DNA from: Tubulanus polymorphus
Taxonomy: Eukaryota; Animalia; Nemertea
Length of the DNA: 64,000 bases
Direction of reading: 5' to 3'
Assembly (NCBI RefSeq): GCF_964204645.1
Contig: NC_134034.1
Coordinates: forward strand, 10,118,962 to 10,182,961
The position numbers and the translations under genes were made by a program. A model generated the notes under the pieces. It was given only the letters and a program-made list of their open reading frames with translations, made no database searches and was not told the DNA's origin. Positions 39,021 to 52,560 of the stretch are shown one piece after another; the first letter of the stretch is position 1; every line of letters begins with the position of its first letter.

Positions 39021-39571
39021 ATACGTTTTGAAAGACTCGTGATTGCAGGTACGGCGCGCACCACCTCTCCACGACAAACCGAACGCCAGACGCGACGGAG
39101 GCAAACGACTAATATTTACCAGCTCAATTATGAAATGTTTACCTTGTAACGAATTTACCGATATTTACAGAAAGAAACACGCGACGCGTGCGCCTGGGAT
39201 GATTAAAACCATGACGCGAAATGATTCATTATTACTTTTGAAATTGAATTGAATATTTTTCGCATAGCTACCGCCGTTATAGAAATAACATAATATTGCC
39301 GATATCCACGCGAGTTACTGCCGGTTTGTAACCGTTTATTTACACCGGTCGGCGATCAACAAATGTTTTAATATCTCGATATGAATTCAAGCTCTCGAGC
39401 GAATTGTATTTTTTCGAAAATGATTCTTTGCTAGAATCTGCCAAGACGATGAACCTACACCGCAGCGTGATTTGGATTCTCACCGCGTATACGTGGCGTG
39501 GATCATCACTCGCACCCGAACTGACGGTTCCCAGTAGGAAACGTGGATCTCAGTGATGGTCGCTCGGCGCG

Positions 39572-39804
39572 CATCCTCCCTCTGCAGGGACTCGAACCTA
39601 CACTCAGCCACGGCACGAACCCCTGCATCAGTAGACCGGGTGCGCAGGTACATGCGCAGCTTTCCGAACGAAAATTGGCGGCACCAATCAGATTGCTCGT
39701 TGTATAATCGTTGAGGTAAATTTCAAGGAAGAACTATAAATGGGAAAACCCGGGCTAAAATAAAACGGGATTTCTGATTGGCTAAAAATCACATCATCTG
39801 AACT
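39572..39804 (-). mobile_element. MITE family B, truncated
   Basis: CATCCTCCCTCTGCAGGGACTCGAACC...GCACCAATCAGATTGCTCGTTGTATA...CCCGGGCTAAA...CTGATTGGCT. Confidence 0.75.
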
Positions 39805-40904
39805 TCAATTCAGAAACTATTGGCCAACTTTATAGTCTTAACTTGGTGGTTAATGTTTAATCCATAGCCAATGGACATAAATACCAGAATCGAGATGAAA
39901 TAAATTGCTTGAGTGGTAAGTTGGTATCAGCCGGATTTGTACATGAATGAATCATTTTGTCGAATTCATAGACAGAATTCCAACAGAATAACGACGTTGA
40001 GCCCTTTTTCGTTTCATAACTAAATCAACAACTTAAGACCAGTCTAAGCTCATTTAACTTCTAAAACCGCCAGCTTTAGGTCAGTCTTGAGCTTTTGGAT
40101 GACCAAAAACTTAAACCAGACTCATTCATTTCGGTTCTGTAGCCAATCTAACAACTTAAGACCAGTCTAAGCTCATTTGAGTTTAATAACCAATCCAACA
40201 ACTTAAGACCAGTCTAAGCTCATTTGAGTTTAATAACCAATCTAACAACTTATGACAAGTCTTAGGTAATTTATATTCCATACCCAAACAAGAAAAAACT
40301 AATCGCCGATTTGGTGCCAGAGTCAATCTCTGACAAATCATGGACGTGGAGTATTTTAGGATTCAAGACCATTAGCTGGCTGGACTGTAGAACCGAACCC
40401 CGGAGATCGGTTCGAGAGCGAATCTTTGGACATATCCACCATAACAATATCGATAGATATCGGTAAATCGAGAAAACGCCGACAGACGTAACAGATATTG
40501 TCGAAGTAGATTTTCATGCTCAACTCACCGCTGGGTGTTATGGCGATGCTGGGTACCCCCCCCCCCCCACACTTTGATTTGGACGAATCTATATTGATTA
40601 CGACAGCGTAACCTCGTTACAGCGAACTTCCGGGACCAGAAAGTAATGTGTTCGTTAAAACCGATAGTTCGTTATTCATTGTATATCCAATATCACCGTG
40701 AGCTATTCTTATCATTCTATTGATTATTATTACACGTAAAACTTTTTTTCCTAAAGCCCGGCGCGCACGACGCACGGAAACACATAAACACGGAAATAAA
40801 CTTGTTAGAGATCTCCCGAAGCTCGAAACCACATGTTTCTCGTTTCTAGCACACGACATAATTCCGTGTTTCCCTCGATCGTGTTGCTCGGACTAGAAAG
40901 CCAG

Positions 40905-41120
40905 GGTCCAGTTCCACAGTTCGGAGTTAAAATTTGACCCTCAGTTAACTCATTGAAAATGAACTAATTTCAACTCAGAGTTAACTCTAACTCACAACTG
41001 TGGAACTGGATCCTGGACCCAGTTCCACAGTTGTGGGTTAACTCCGAGTTAAAGTTAGTTCATTTTCGATGAGTTTACTCACAAGAGTCAAATCATAACT
41101 CGGAACTGTGGAATTGGGCC
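40905..41120. mobile_element. Two adjacent, oppositely oriented family D MITEs separated by CTG
   Basis: CAG|GGTCCAGTTCCACAGTT..AACTGTGGAACTGGATC|CTG|GACCCAGTTCCACAGTT..AACTGTGGAATTGGGCC|CTG. Confidence 0.8.
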
Positions 41121-41394
41121 CTGAACGTCTTGTACAGCCTTCATAGCACTGATCTTCTACCGTCAATTACGTTTCTATGATTCTTTTTTTTACGCTGTGC
41201 CTACAGTGCCCGTACCGGTACTGCGATCGTGATTTCTACGGTACCTGCAGCGCTGAACTTAGAAAATTCTAAGTAACAAACCACAAGAATCGGGACTTGA
41301 ACACACAAGCGCGCGAAACAGTGCAACTCCATAGGCTAACTGACGGAACTCCGACGTTTTAACTAATTACAGCCTTGCCACAGTATAATGCATA

Positions 41395-41650
41395 ACCTCA
41401 CCCTAACTCTAACCTTAACTCTTACCTTCGGGACCCTTTCTCACCCTCTAGACACTAAAACCCTCACCCTCTGGACCCTTTCTCACCCTCTAGACCCTAA
41501 ACCCTCACCCTCTGGGCCCTTTCTCACCCTCTGGGCCCTTTCTCACCCTCTAGACACTAAATTCCCCCTTTGGGCCCTTTTTCTCCCCCTCTAGACACTA
41601 AACCCTCACCCTCTGGATCCTCTTTCCACCCTCTAGACACTAAACCCTAT
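41395..41650 (+). repeat. Short CCCTAA-like run followed by a degenerate repeat of about 41 bp (CACCCTCTAGACACTAAACCCTCACCCTCTGG..)
   Basis: Direct inspection. Confidence 0.7.
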
Positions 41651-43432
41651 TTTTTTAAAAATGCATTGGAAAAGCCGCCATTTTGTTTTACCGGCATTCT
41701 TAATGGGATTGAACGAGATACCGGTACCGGTGCTCAAGACACTTTGAATTTTTAGCCTAAAAGCAGTTGTTGAAAAATGAATAAATATCATGATTATCTT
41801 GAAGGGTAGATCGGACTAGTCGGCAACAAAATTAAGTCGTTTTCATATCGTTTTGTTTTTTTCCTCGTCCGAATAAAACCGCATTCGCTCGTCGGTTTAA
41901 TCTTATCGGAGAATATACGGGGCGCGGGAAATTGGTATAGGTCGATAGAATCGAAACACGCGCGACGCGCTAATCCCGGGCGGACGAAAAATCCCATTCG
42001 AAAATGATCGAAATGGCTTAGGACGACAGTAGCGGGTTTTGTTGCGTTAATACTCAGTAAGATTTAGCGTTTAATGAACTCGGATGACTGTACACGCGGC
42101 TTTCGCCGTCTTCTCAAGCGGCAATATTGATGGCTTTATGAGTATTTCAGCGCGGTTTGATAATCGCGAATAGAAAGCCACGACGCAATGAAGCGACGGG
42201 AGCATCTGTCGCAAAAGTAACCGCGGTCGCTAAACAGCTTATATCAGGCGCTGCAAGCCTTTTAGAAATATATATATATATATAGCTTTTATACAGTGAC
42301 TGATATTAACCTCAGTATCCAGAGTTAACGAACAAAACCGCAGTTGATGAAATAACCATTTATTTTCTGACGGTTTCGAAATTTTGACGAACATCAGAGG
42401 AAGCAAAATGAAATCATCAACACTGTGGGTTTTGCTCATAAACTATTCAGTCATTGTAAGCATATTGTTGTAAAGTGATAGGTCTTAGCGGTGTGTGGTG
42501 TGTTCTATGTGAAGGGATGACAGCTGCGTTCAATCCAGTTCCTGTATTATTTTTCTAATCACAGTCCAGCCACCGTATTAAGAAACAGAGTCCATGCGCT
42601 TTTGTGGATATTTGCACGGAGGCCTGAGATGCCGCGGAGTGAAAGAGAGAGTCGAGAGCCCACCCCGTCGCTCGAGCGCAACAACCACGCTTGTCGTAGG
42701 CCCGGCTACAATTCCGTTTCCGGCATATTCAGAGTCGTACTTCGGCTAATTTTCTGTGACTTATGTTGTAAACGCTTTTTCTAATCAACAACGCCAACAT
42801 CCAAACATTACCGGTTAAACAAATTTAAAGACAAAGTCTACACAAAGGTACCCCTCTCCCCCAACGCTACTGAAGGCATAGGAAGGCGGTGAATCGTCGA
42901 CGCGCGCCTGGCTAATCGATGTACTGTGTTCTCGAGAACGCGATGTTTGCTCCGTGTAAACGAAGTTTGAGTGACATGTCTCAATAAATACAGGCCGGCC
43001 CGGATTAGAACCGCTTCCATGGACACCGTCGCCGCCATCACCACACCGCTTTAGGCGGAGCATTTTCAGTCGGTTTCCGCGGCACAAGACCCGGCGATCC
43101 TTTTATCTTTCATCGAGCACACTTCCATTGTTAAGGATTTCGTTTTTTCTTTTCCTTCAAATGTTGGAATGACCTGAAGCGATTCTTGTGTCTGAAGATC
43201 GTCGTCCCGATGCAGGCATTCTGCGGGCCTTTTTGCTGTAGCCTTCTTCTGTGGCCAAGAAGCCGCGACTTTTCTTATCAAAATATATAGGCAATTCGTA
43301 GTGTAAGCGTCCCGATTTACGGTCGTTGGAGCTCGTATGGAAGCAGAAAAAAACTCTCATCCTTCACAGCTGACACGCGTTTTTCGTTTTGGAATATATA
43401 TATAAAGATCTAACGAGCGAGCACGTTAAGCC

Positions 43433-43504
43433 GCGTTCGTGGTGTAAAGGTTAGCATCGTTGCCTTCCAAGCAATGGATCCGGGTTCGATTCCCGGCGAA
43501 CGCA
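43433..43504 (+). tRNA. tRNA-Gly(TCC)
   Basis: 72 nt, acceptor stem GCGTTCG/CGAACGC, anticodon arm GTTGC-CTTCCAA-GCAAT, B box GGTTCGATTCC, T-run just downstream. Confidence 0.95.
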
Positions 43505-44552
43505 CACTGTTTTCTGTTCTCAAATTTTCAATCATGCCCGAGGGTGGGGTTTTAGAAGTCAATGTAATTAGATGTGTGGGTTGGTCAATGAACCCCTTGA
43601 TGGGAGAAGAGCAACTAGAATTAGACACAAGGTTCTTGGCAAGTTGCTGTTGATAGGTGTGGTTATGAATAGAACATATACATGACGAACCCCCTCTTCC
43701 CAAAGTTGTGGTGGGAGAGCAGCGAGTAGAACATGGGTATGGGATTATTGGTGAACCCCCTCCCCCCACAGGGTGGTGGAAGGTTAGCGAGTAGAACAGA
43801 CACATCAGGTTGCCGGTGAACCCAGCTGCGGATACAGATACACGGGTTGCTGGTGAACCCCTCCCCTCACAGCTGTGCTGGAAGGGCAGCGAGTAGGAAA
43901 CATGATTTGTTGGTGAACCCCTCCCCTCACTGTGCTGGGAGGGCAGCGAGTAGGAAACATGATTTGTTGGTGAACCCCTCCCCTCACAGCTGTGGTGGGA
44001 GAACAGCGATTATTCGCACGCGACAGTTCTGGGTGTGGTACAAGACAGTGGCAAGAAAAATGCAGTTTTTCTAATACAAAATCAATTCAAGTAGATATTT
44101 TCTTCTTTAAATACGAAATTCATTAATCTTCGTTGTTTATAGTTGATTTGTTTACCGAAGATAATAGCATTAAAACAAACGTTTAGTCGGCGGACATTAG
44201 AAAGAATTGTGACTCGATCGCGAGTCGATTGCGTATAGAAAAGCCAATCGTTTACACGCGTATCAATCTAGTTTATACCATCAACAGCGAGCAGTGTTCT
44301 AGAAATACGATGAAGGCGACGATAATATACAATCTCTTTTCTAAATAAACCCGATAGACCCGTAAGCTGTTGCTATGAGTTATGGTTACATAACACCGCC
44401 ATTACGCAGACAACGACGAAGACGAATTAAGTAACGACAGGTTGTGTTCGAATATTTAATCGGTTGCGTCCGAACCACTTTCGTTTTTCATCCATCCAAT
44501 TCGGCTGCCACACAAGATTCGATTATCTAAGCCAATTTCGTAGAATTTTGGC

Positions 44553-44736
44553 CATCCTCGATTGCCAGGTTTGATTACCTCCCACCGACGAAGCGAACGC
44601 CAACACAAAACCATGCCGCAGACCCTACATTGGTTAATCATACGCCCGAGATTTCTTGGGCGGACAGGTCGCCATTTTAGTACATGTTGACGCTCAGTCT
44701 ATGGATTAGCCAATCAAATGTGTTGTTTTTCACCAT
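44553..44736 (+). mobile_element. MITE family A, single arm
   Basis: CATCCTCGATTGCCAGGTTTGATTACCTCC...ATTTCTTGGGCGGACAGG...AGCCAATCA. Confidence 0.7.
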
Positions 44737-45029
44737 CAGATTCGCTCTATCAGTACGAAGCATCCGTCTGGAAATAACTAACGCTTTGGGCGCCACGCAA
44801 AATAAGCTTTTACAGGTGGCAGCACCGTACGGTGAAAAAATGTGCGGTGGCTACGAGTGTATTTTTCTACGATATTTTTCCTACACGGGAAAAGGCCAAG
44901 GCCACGCGACGCCGGGAGATAAATTAGTACGTTTTTTACGAGATAAAATTGTCGGCAAAGAAAGAGAAATGATAAATGAATTTAATAAATGACTCGGATG
45001 AATTTTGACGCTTGAATAGGATATTCGGC

Positions 45030-45295
45030 GCATACAGCCTGCTGTCAACTAGCAATTTATTCAGGCTTGAGGTGTCTTTTCTCTCTCAATCCACAGAGCT
45101 CCACTCGAGGTGTTTCTCCCTCAACCCGCTGAGCTCCTCCACTAAGGACATGATCATCGGCAGGTTTGGTGCTTCTTTTCCCCCAACTTGCCTAGAGTCA
45201 CTGAATATTTCTTTTCCCCAATACCGGAAGATGCTAGATTCGAACCCAGCCTGCTTAAAGCGTGACCAGAAACCGCCCCCTACTAGCCGTAGGTA
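45030..45295 (-). mobile_element. Possible decayed tRNA-derived SINE
   Basis: Minus-strand head CGGCTAGTAGG...GGGTTCGAATC followed by a body of about 200 bp; no cloverleaf and no second full copy seen. Confidence 0.3.
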
Positions 45296-47738
45296 ACCAG
45301 TATCGGCACACGATGAGTGTTACACTTTATTATCTATATTGTATATATTATATATATCATTATATTATCTATATTCGGAACGACGAAGTAATTAATTATT
45401 GCTGATGAATATTGCGACACCGGCGTGATACAAATAACCACTATTTATATGAAAGATCGTGATTCAATGTTATAAGATACTCGTTTACTGTGAAATTAAT
45501 CATAGCTGAGTTTCTAAACCACGCCCGATGTAAAATAGCTTAAAACTAACTACATGTAATAGAGCGACAGTATAAAAGTACAAGGTATGAAAGTGAGGAG
45601 AAGTTGCTCACATGTCTGTTCTAGTCATGTTTCTATCTACAAAGTGGGAGAGATTGAGGTGGAGTTTTTAGGGAGAGGGGAGGGAGAGGTCGAGATAGAG
45701 GGAGAGGGGAGGAGAGGGAGAGGTAGAGAGGATGGAGAGGGAGAGGGGGAGGAAGAGGGGTGGAAATGGAGATGGGTGGAGAGGGAGAGGGAGAGGGGAG
45801 GAGAGGGAGAGAGGATGGATAGATAGGAGAGGGGAGGAAGAGGTAGGGGTAGAGGGAGTGGTAGGGGAAAGGAGAGGGAAGGTAAGGGCCAAGAGGATAG
45901 ACTGAAGAGAGAGAGAGAGGTTTCGACTGTATGACATTCCAAAACGTTAATCATGTTGAGACCCCCTTATAGCAGTTACATTTGCGGAGAGCCGCTGCGG
46001 GGGCGGCGTGATTTAGGGTTCGGAATCGACTGAGAGTATGGAAACATTTTCTGGGGCTGTTTTATTGAATAACGGTGGTCAATGGTCGCGCGTTGATTCG
46101 ATCGCGCAAAACCCCGCTAGCAATCAAAGCTTCCCGAATCGGAATCAAATCATCGTTATCAATTTAGTTGGTGCGAAGACGACGACGACTGGGGGTCACG
46201 CGATACATCGCACCGCGGAGCAAAAAAAAAACCGCCACGAAGATTGTCGTTTTATCCGAATTAGAATTTAATCGCGTTCGAATTCCCGGAATTGAACCAC
46301 GGTTGATTTCCTCGAACGGGAGCCAAACAGCACTCGGCATTAAGCTAGAAAAATAAGTTGAAAGTTAATTATTGTCGACAATAGATACCATGATATGAAT
46401 TGTAAGGATAAAGTTGAATTGGTTATAACAATAAAGTTAATTTGGATTTGAATTCATTGATAATTGAATTGAATTGACCGGCCACCGGTCTAAGACTGAT
46501 ATATTGGTAACTTCGTGCACATCCTCTCAAAAACAGTTACCAAAATCCATCCAAAATGAAATAATAGTTGAACGCCAAAATTCATATTTGTTCTTTGAAA
46601 CGCCAGTATAGATGAAGTAGTGCGCATCGACTCACATAGAACCCTTGATATAACGCATATCAGGTATTGATGTATATAAACATTATTGTAACGGTTTTTA
46701 CGGCACCAAAAACAAAAACAACAAAAGACGCCGTGAGAATGAAACACATGAATTGTGCGTCTAATACGCTGTGAAGTGCTTAAGTTCCGTGGATAAATAG
46801 ATTTTCCAAATAATAGCTGAACGCTACTCAAATATTCAATTCATTTGTTTAAGAGTAGCCAGTAGACTATTGTTGCCACACCAATCTGAAGATGGTGTAA
46901 TCCCAGGATCCGATTTCACAAGAAAAAAAACAGGTCGTTTAACATGAAGTTTTCATTGATTCAGTTTGTCTTAAATCGATTGAAAGGAGTTGTGTGAAAA
47001 TGCGCCCGGAGCCGCTTTTTTCAATGCCTTTATTTCCGGTGATCGCTAGCATTCAGAAATACAAAATACTGTATTGCTGCTTGCTGCTGCTGTCGTCTGC
47101 GGTTGCTGCTGCTGCTGCTGCTGTCGTCTGCGGTTGCTGCTGTTCAAATATTGAATGTGTTAAGTTCTAAAAAAGTCGAATCGAATTATTGTTGTTGTCA
47201 AATTAGTATAATGAGATTATCACTGATTTTAAGCTCATGGTCGCACGTTTTTACAATCGTTCCGTTGTTTTCCCGGAGGAAAAGAAACTCTACCCGAACG
47301 CACAGAGTGTAGACCCAAAGGGGAATTTGTTAGTACGGCTGGGACCACTGCGACTGAGTGTTGATTACACTATACCGTGTTCGTGCGTTGGGGTCAATAA
47401 GTCTGTCAGGTGAGACGTGGGTTGGATTTCGCGGCTGCCATTATCGATTATCATGAAATCGTCTGTTTTCGCATGAGCGGTTTTTTCCCTGTTCTCGACC
47501 GAACATTTTCAGCACGCGCGTACACACCGCTCGTGCGCATAGGGAAATACTAACGAACGCGCGGCTTGTCACCGGGTTCACCTACGATATCATAACCGAT
47601 GAGCGTCAAACGTTATCAAGAAAAAAAAAACAATCGACAGACGAACAGAAAGATCTAAAAACGACGATAGAATGCAATAAGCCATCATCCTCACCGATTT
47701 GCTGATGTTGCAGATCTTTGAGCTCAAAATGGATAAAT

Positions 47739-48077
47739 GCAGTACCGGCACACACCACATGGCGCAGATACACTCAGCTACAGATAGTGAAAATAAGTTA
47801 ATTTTCAATAAACTTTGAACTGGTTTTTTAGGTTCCCAAACGGAAGTTTTGTCAAACAAGTCATCAAATATGTAAATAAGATTGGCGTCCCCCCAATGAG
47901 TGTATGGGATGGTTTTACTAAAAAATAGTTATGCCGACAGGAAAATTTGATTCGAATTTAATTTATGATGTAGAAGAAATTGAAGCACGGCAACCGAGTA
48001 ACAACTAGCGATCCTGGCGGATCCTCGTCTGCCATAAGTGGAATCCTCGATTGCCACAGCGGAGGTGCCGGTACCCC
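47739..48077 (+). mobile_element. MITE family C, AT TSD
   Basis: AT|GCAGTACCGGCAC...GTGCCGGTACCCC|AT. Confidence 0.8.
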
Positions 48078-48934
48078 ATTCAGGACCCAGTTCACGAAAT
48101 ATATATCATACGTCATACTGGTTCGAAGTGATCGAAGTCTATTATTGGAAGCCTAGAAAATTATGAAAATAGTATTGATAGCTCTAAGGATTACAAATTA
48201 TGCATGGATTCCTTGAACTCGGTTCAGGATGAATAACATTAGCTGTATTAACATACGGAGATCGAATGTCAGATTTACTTCATCTTTTATGGTTTGTATT
48301 GCAATCACAGACCCGAATATATGTCAAGAACGCAATGATACACCAAGATAGGTTTTAATTAATCAGATTGGTACTAAGGCCGAGGAAGAGCTTATAGTCC
48401 ACGCGGTGTTATGTCGTAATCTTGCCAGAAGACTTCAGTCAATGTAGCCGCGTGAGATAGGCACAATCAGAAACGTGACTGAAAGAGAACTTTTCTTTAC
48501 GAAGTCTTAGTTGCTGTTGTTGCGTCTCCGCTATTCCTAATGGAATCAGCTTTATAAAATATAAATAACTTCATTATAAATAGAAGAAACCCCAGACGAA
48601 CAAAGTCTAAAACGAAAAGGAAAGTTCGTATCATCACTTAATGTTATTAAATGGTTTTTGCTGGCGCGTTGTGGGAATACCAACATCAATTCGATTCGGT
48701 TTTTTTTTCGTCGTCGTTGCCCTTGTAGCACCGTTCGAAATGTACGAACGCGCGGTTCTCTTTAATCAACTAGATTAACTAACAGCAAGAGACGGTGACG
48801 TTGAAGTCATCGGCTCAAGGGTAAGAGATCATCATTCATCACTCTATTTATCTCTTTAGTTTTCGCAACGAGCGAAACTTACGGCCTGGGAGGAATTCGC
48901 GGTTGATCTGTTTGTCGAGAAAAGTATACTTTTT

Positions 48935-49428
<494 letters not shown>

Positions 49429-52350
49429 TACTCCTAGTAGCTTTCTCAGTTCTAATTATATTCGTGTAATATAGATATAAAAATACCTTTACTTTACTTA
49501 GCGCAGACTTTGTCTCGCAACCAGTCTAACAAATTACGAGTGGGGATTATGTGTCAACTTGTCTAAGATCCCTATTTTGCACTTGACTGCAAAAACCGGG
49601 TCTTAAAAGGCTATCTATAGCTGCTGAGGCAAAGTGACGATTTCCATAAACGCGAGTGTATGTTCAAAACCGGCTATGTCTCTTATATCTAGTGGGAAGT
49701 CGAAGTCAAACTCAGCTTCATCAAAGAGCTCGGGAGAGCAAGAGCAAGAACCGAGGATAACGGCTTCTATAGTACTTATCTATACTTATCGTACATAGCT
49801 GTTCGGCGCGGTAAAATTCTTATCAGGTACACTAGCACGCTCGCGCGTATGAGGTCCGCAGACATTCGGCTGATAATCAGGGACGATTCCAGTATTTGCA
49901 CAGTTCCCGTCATTCCTCAACTGCCTAGCAATAATAATTGTCAAAGTAAACAATCGCGCGTTTGTCGCCTTCGTCAATCGTGGTGATTTTGATATTCAAT
50001 CGTTGAGACACCGCGGCGCTGAACTAATCGGAATCGCTCACAGTTCGGCGCGTTTACGGGTTTTTAGGCAGTGTCAACATCACGCGGGTGGCTCCGCGCA
50101 TTTTTATTACTTTTTGCCCGGTAGTTTCGAGACTTTTCTGTCCGGTTTGTTTGCCCGTTCATCGAAGCGCTCGATTTCATTTCCGCACTCTACTCATACG
50201 TCGAATAATACGTAGCCACTTTGAACATACATATAATTGTTCAAGTTGACGCTATTTCCAGAGTCAGGGGTGGATCTAGCTTTATGGAAAAGGGGGTACG
50301 CACTACCTGATTGGGTCACTACTTACACATGGAGGTTTGGGGATGCTCCCCCAGACTATTTTGAAAATTAAGATATATTTAGGTGCATTTTTGAGCACTT
50401 TCCCGGTTAAAATGTCATCAATATTGGCGGTTCAATCTAACGATCACAATTGTGAATTTTTACATTATGTGAGCGGATCTGTGTTAGTCGATGTGCAATA
50501 TTGGTGTTACAAAATAACAATTACAATTGTAAATTTTGGCATTAATTTTGTAACTCAATAATACTAATAATAATAATAATAATAATAATAATTTATTTTC
50601 TTATAAAGCCCAAGTCTAAAACATAATCATTGCGCTCAATATATTTCCTAACTCTAATATTCTATTTTTGATAAATTTTGATTATTATTTTTAAGAGGAT
50701 GTGTACTACGTCATCAATATATCGGGGTTAGACTGGTTGCCGGTCAATTCAATTCAATTATCGATGTATCCAAATCTAAAATAACTTAAAATGTGTGTAT
50801 AATCAATATCATCTTAACTATCATTACATTATTCGATGTTTATATAATTTTGCCCGGTTTGCCGTGGGACGCGATTAGAATTTTCTAGTCAGCCAATCGA
50901 TTCACACAGATCTTATCACCGAATTTCCAATTGGCGATTGCTAATTTTGCCTAACGCGTTCGCCGAAACAATTCGCCTAATCTATCAAAAGCTTATCTAT
51001 CACATTATTCGATTTTTGCCGAATTTTGCCGTGGGATGTGGGTTTCTAGTCAGATTATCGTTTCACAGAAGTTTCATCACCGAATTTTCAATTGGCGATT
51101 GCTTATTTCGCCCAATGCGCCCGAACATATCGCCTTAACAACCACGAGAAAACGATTCCAGCGACGTAAAGCAAACAGACGAACAATGAAAAATGGTAGT
51201 ATTGATCGGTTGCCTTGAGCTATCAAACATTTTCTAACTCCGAGATTTTATCAGTTGTTGCACCCTCTTAATCAACATCGGCCCTATGCGAACACTTGAT
51301 TTAAAAAACAAATCTCTTACGCACTCGAAACGTTCGTGTTCAGGTATTCGACAGAAAAATCCAGCCTCGGACAAAGTGGGCCTCTTTGTCGGCACATTTC
51401 GATAACGCTTATCCGACATGGCACTTCGACTTATCAGGTCGGTCTTAAGTACGGCTATTTATATGATCGTTTCATCTAAGGATTTTCGCGTCGACGTTCC
51501 GTCGCGGATCTATCGCGAAGACTTCGGGTTTTCGAAGCAATTGCGATCGCGCGCGGGCGTGCGCGACTCGGACCGGCGTGTAGCGGACGCGTTTGAACAC
51601 GATGAACGTTCTTAAGAGGGTTTTCGAAAAATATACTATCGGAAAGCCATTTTTAGATGAAAGAGAAAAAGCACTTTGTTCAGATTGCGCTGCAGGCCAC
51701 TCTCCGCGTATATCGACCGACACAGAACCCTTTAAAATTAAGCATATTAGGTATCCATGCATATTTGCATCATTGTAACGGTTTTCGCTCCGTCAAAAAT
51801 ATTTCAACAGATTGTGCCAGTTATTAACCATTATTCAAACTTCGAAGTAATTACAACATTTTCTAATTACCTCCCCGAAAATGAATATACATTCAATTCA
51901 GCCGATACGATAATCGTGATAATTCTAAAACAATGGACTGTTTTTAAACTTAGGGAATTTTATAAAATTTTGTCTTGCGGTCTTCATCTATACCACGTGA
52001 CCCCTTACGTCATACCTATTACTCGAATTACCGAAGAGACGAGTGCGGAAGAAAAGATGAAAAAAATAACACGACGAATATCGCTTTCAGTAGCAGTTTT
52101 AATTACATTAATGAATAATGCGAAATCGAAAAATGATATGCGCAGGTTTGAGATTACCTGGAGGGATAATTTAGCCACCGTTGCATTTTCGCTTCGTGTT
52201 GCACGTAGAAAGTTATCGAATGCATAAAATTAACGAGATAGCCACAGGCGCTGTGTATAGGAATACAGTAACTGTAGCTCTAATGAATAAGATAATTTCT
52301 GGCACTCTGGAAATTGGAAATTTTTTCTTCGACGTGTCATTAGTACACTT

Positions 52351-52560
52351 GGAACGTGGATCTCGGTGGCCGCTCCGCGCGATGAGGAACGCTCGTCACG
52401 ATCGTCGCCCGACCGAGTTGAGGGTTCCCGGGGAACATGAATCTCAGTGATGGTCGCTCCACGCGACGAAGAACGCTGTGATCTTCTCTCGACCGAATTG
52501 AGGGTTCCCGGCGAGAACGTGGATCTCAATGAGGATCGCTCCACGCGTGGTGAGGAGGGT
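52351..52560 (+). repeat. Repeat of about 80-89 bp (GAATTGAGGGTTCCCGGGGAACGTGGATCTCAGTGATGGTCGCTC); also at 63716-63920 and 39520-39565
   Basis: Two to three tandem units at each of two loci, plus a monomer. Confidence 0.8.

Noticed and set aside
41395-41430. Interstitial telomeric repeat
   Set aside because: Only a few degenerate CCCTAA-like units; too short to distinguish from low-complexity repeat sequence.
42815-43360. Cluster of overlapping minus-strand ORFs with coding-like composition
   Set aside because: No recognisable domain or splice structure. It could be a decayed transposase, but that needs TBLASTX/HMMER to claim.
46273-46330. tRNA-like fragment (also 11884-11905 and 63357-63372)
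   Set aside because: Only a B-box-like stretch; no cloverleaf or acceptor stem.
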